Shown one piece after another: positions 61,581 through 64,000 of a stretch of DNA of 64,000 nt. Made by a program: the position numbers and the translations under genes. The notes beneath the pieces were generated by a model, which worked only from the letters and a program-made list of their open reading frames with translations, made no database searches and was not told the origin of the DNA. Each line of letters starts with the position of its first letter. Position 1 is the first letter of the stretch. This DNA is from Piromyces finnis finn (taxonomy: Eukaryota; Fungi; Neocallimastigomycota): NCBI GenBank assembly GCA_002104945.1, contig MCFH01000077.1, forward strand, positions 152,874 to 216,873, in the 5' to 3' direction.

Positions 61581-64000
61581 TGTTACAATGTTATATATTT
61601 CTTATATAATAACTTATTATTATCTTAATTTAATAACTTGAAGTTATTAAAAGTGATAATAATTTGTAACAAAAAAAAAATAAATAATTTGTTTTATTAA
61701 AACACAAAATCTATAAAAAAAATATAATGTTTTATTAATAACTATTTTATTAGTTAAATTTTATTAAAAAATAATGTGTTTATGATTATTAACTATACTA
61801 ATAATAATGTTTAAATAAAGGAATTAAAAGATTATTTATATTTTTCTATTAATATAAACTTTAATTTATCTTCTTTAATTATGTTTTGTTATAAACAAAT
61901 ATTTAATTATAAATATCTAATTATTAATTACATTATAGTTTATTTACATGTTAATAATATCGGAATTTTAAAAATAATTATTTGTTTATTTATTTATTTT
62001 TTACTTAAATACTAATTAATTATAACTAAATTTAACTTTGTTTTGAATTATTATTTTAATATTTATTAATTTATTTCTACATTTAATTTTATCTTATTTA
62101 TTTATTTATTATAAATTTGTTTTTAAGTTTAATATTAAATTGTTAATTAGAACTTACTTATATAATTTTATTTCTTCATTAATAATTATTGTTGTTTTTA
62201 TAATCATTTAAGTTTGCCTTATATCAATACCTTGGCGGCTAAGATTTGACTTCGTCCCTTGAAGTCAGATTTTCTTCTTGTATTACATATGGATAAATGT
62301 TCTTTATATGTACATTACGATTTAATAGCTCGCCTGTTTGAGGATCTTCTAGTACAACAGTATTAAATTTTGGTTTCTGTACTACCTTAAAGGGGCCGTA
62401 GAAATACGGATCTAATTTGCTTCTTCCAATAAGTCTTATCATTACTAGATCGCCAGGTTGATATTTCTTCTTGAGTGCTTTCGAAAAACCCATTCGATGT
62501 TCCCAATATTTATTTGCTTTATCTGAGTATTCAGTCGCTTCTTTAACCCATCTCTGATGTCTTAAGAATCTTCTGAATATATATTCTTCTTCGGATTCTT
62601 CAGCGTCTTTAGGGAAATCTGGAAACATTATCTCCATTGGCCAAGTATCTTTTCTACCGTATAGCAATTCAAAACTGCTAAATTTTGTTTTAGAATTTCT
62701 GGTAGTACGTAAGGCCCAAAGTGCGGAAGGAAGACATACGTCCCATTCTATTTCATTTTCAATTAAGAGTCTTAATGTTTTTCCGATTTCGCGATTCCGG
62801 TTTTCTATCATTCCATTAGATTCTGGATGGTGAGGTGATACATAATGAACCCATGAACCATAAAGATCTATCATCATTTTGGTTATTTCAGATATAAAAG
62901 AACTTCCATTATCTGTTATTATGATTTCTGGGGGTCCGTGTCTAGCTATTACTTCAGTTAGAAATTTAATCACTTCTTCTGATTTGGTGTTAGGGATGGC
63001 TTTAGCCTCGACCCACTTGGTGAAATAATCTACTAGGGTAATAATGTAAGCATTACCTGATTTAGTTATGGGTAGCGGTCCTATTATATCCAAACCTACC
63101 CGTACGAACGGTCTTTCAATAGGTGTAATATTGGTAGCGGTGTTTTTTGGTAATGGCTTAGGTCGGAATAGTTGGCATTTGTGGCAAGATTTTACCCACA
63201 TTTTTACATCGTTCCATATTCCTGGCCAATAGTAGGATTGCATGATTCTATTTACTGTCTTCTCTGCACCTTCATGGCCTACTTGGTGTGCTCTATTTAT
63301 AATGTCTTTTTTATCTTCATCTTTGATTATTACTTTTAGGTAGAGTTCATTCTTTTTATAGTATAGTGTATTATCAACGACTTGATAATTTTTCTTGAAG
63401 TACTTTATTATTCCTTCTGGAAGGTCTAAGTCTTTGGGATTAAATTCACTGAGGATAGCATTTATACATAAGGTAACTTCATTGTTTTTAGATGGTAGCC
63501 TTGATAGAGCGTCAGCAAATACATTTTGTTTTCCTTTTTCATATTTAAGATCGACTTTATACTTATAGAATTCTTCTATCCATCGTGCATGTCTGCCCTT
63601 GGTTGGGATACCTTTCTTGAAGTAACCTAATAATGGTTTATGATCAGTTATTATGATTATTTTTTCTTTACCACTTACTATATAAGGTCTGAAATTCCTT
63701 AGACTATATATTACTCCTAGTCCTTCTAGATCGGTTACAGAGTAATTCTTTTCAGAAGACGAAAGTGTTCTACTAATACAGCATATTGGATGTTCTACTC
63801 CATCTTCTTCCCTTTGAAGTAGAACACCTCCGACTCCTTTAGTAGAGGCATCTGTTCTTATTATAAAATCTTTGTTAAAGTCCGGATATGCAAGTATAGG
63901 ATCTGAAAGTAAGCATTGCTTTATTTCTTCGAAAGCATCGTTACATTCATTGTCCCATATAAATTTTTTATCCTTTTTCAGTAAGTTAAAAAGTGGTTTG
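61581..64000 (-). mobile_element. 3' part of Ty3/gypsy element M (3' LTR 61581-62226 plus RNaseH-IN), running off the window
   Basis: The LTR resembles the element I LTR. The minus frame is open from 63999 to 62239 (RTDASTKG, HQVGH/CHKC, YFYGPF, TSRDEVKS*). Confidence 0.92.
62239..63999 (-). CDS. Pol (RT end-RNaseH-integrase) of element M, partial
   Basis: I translated the frame upstream of the ORF-track ATG and found RNase H motifs homologous to element I with no stop in the part read. Confidence 0.9.
   Translation of the reverse strand, partial: KPLFNLLKKDKKFIWDNECNDAFEEIKQCLLSDPILAYPDFNKDFIIRTDASTKGVGGVLLQREEDGVEHPICCISRTLSSSEKNYSVTDLEGLGVIYSLRNFRPYIVSGKEKIIIITDHKPLLGYFKKGIPTKGRHARWIEEFYKYKVDLKYEKGKQNVFADALSRLPSKNNEVTLCINAILSEFNPKDLDLPEGIIKYFKKNYQVVDNTLYYKKNELYLKVIIKDEDKKDIINRAHQVGHEGAEKTVNRIMQSYYWPGIWNDVKMWVKSCHKCQLFRPKPLPKNTATNITPIERPFVRVGLDIIGPLPITKSGNAYIITLVDYFTKWVEAKAIPNTKSEEVIKFLTEVIARHGPPEIIITDNGSSFISEITKMMIDLYGSWVHYVSPHHPESNGMIENRNREIGKTLRLLIENEIEWDVCLPSALWALRTTRNSKTKFSSFELLYGRKDTWPMEIMFPDFPKDAEESEEEYIFRRFLRHQRWVKEATEYSDKANKYWEHRMGFSKALKKKYQPGDLVMIRLIGRSKLDPYFYGPFKVVQKPKFNTVVLEDPQTGELLNRNVHIKNIYPYVIQEENLTSRDEVKS

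Overview
This is an extremely AT-rich eukaryotic window. The base composition and the Tf1-like and chromoviral LTR elements suggest a fungus such as an anaerobic gut fungus (Neocallimastigomycota); that assignment is inference only. It is almost entirely Ty3/gypsy retrotransposon DNA organised around two identical tRNA-Cys(GCA) genes (10833-10904 and 58320-58391). The main structure is a roughly 37.5 kb stack (20749-58305) of full-length elements and solo LTRs from at least 6 families. They are joined TG...CA end to end by 1-7 nt A-rich linkers, mostly exactly AAAA, and the stack ends 14 bp upstream of the second tRNA. It looks like repeated insertion at one Pol III-defined site, with elements more decayed the further they are from the tRNA. 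A second stack starts at about 60470 and runs off the right edge. Two lineages share the target. One is a self-priming (Tf1-like, 11-nt PBS) single-ORF family A with a 5-bp TSD in sense orientation. The other is a tRNA-Ala-primed gag/pol group (B, H, I, M) with a conserved -1 frameshift pseudoknot, a 4-bp TSD and antisense orientation. A second self-priming chromovirus (C) is nested inside B. Each tRNA is followed by a duplicated decayed LINE 3' fragment. The only host-like coding sequence is a partial LRAT/PPPDE-like ORF at the left edge. Family letters are my own labels. All comparisons were done by eye, and no database searches were run.
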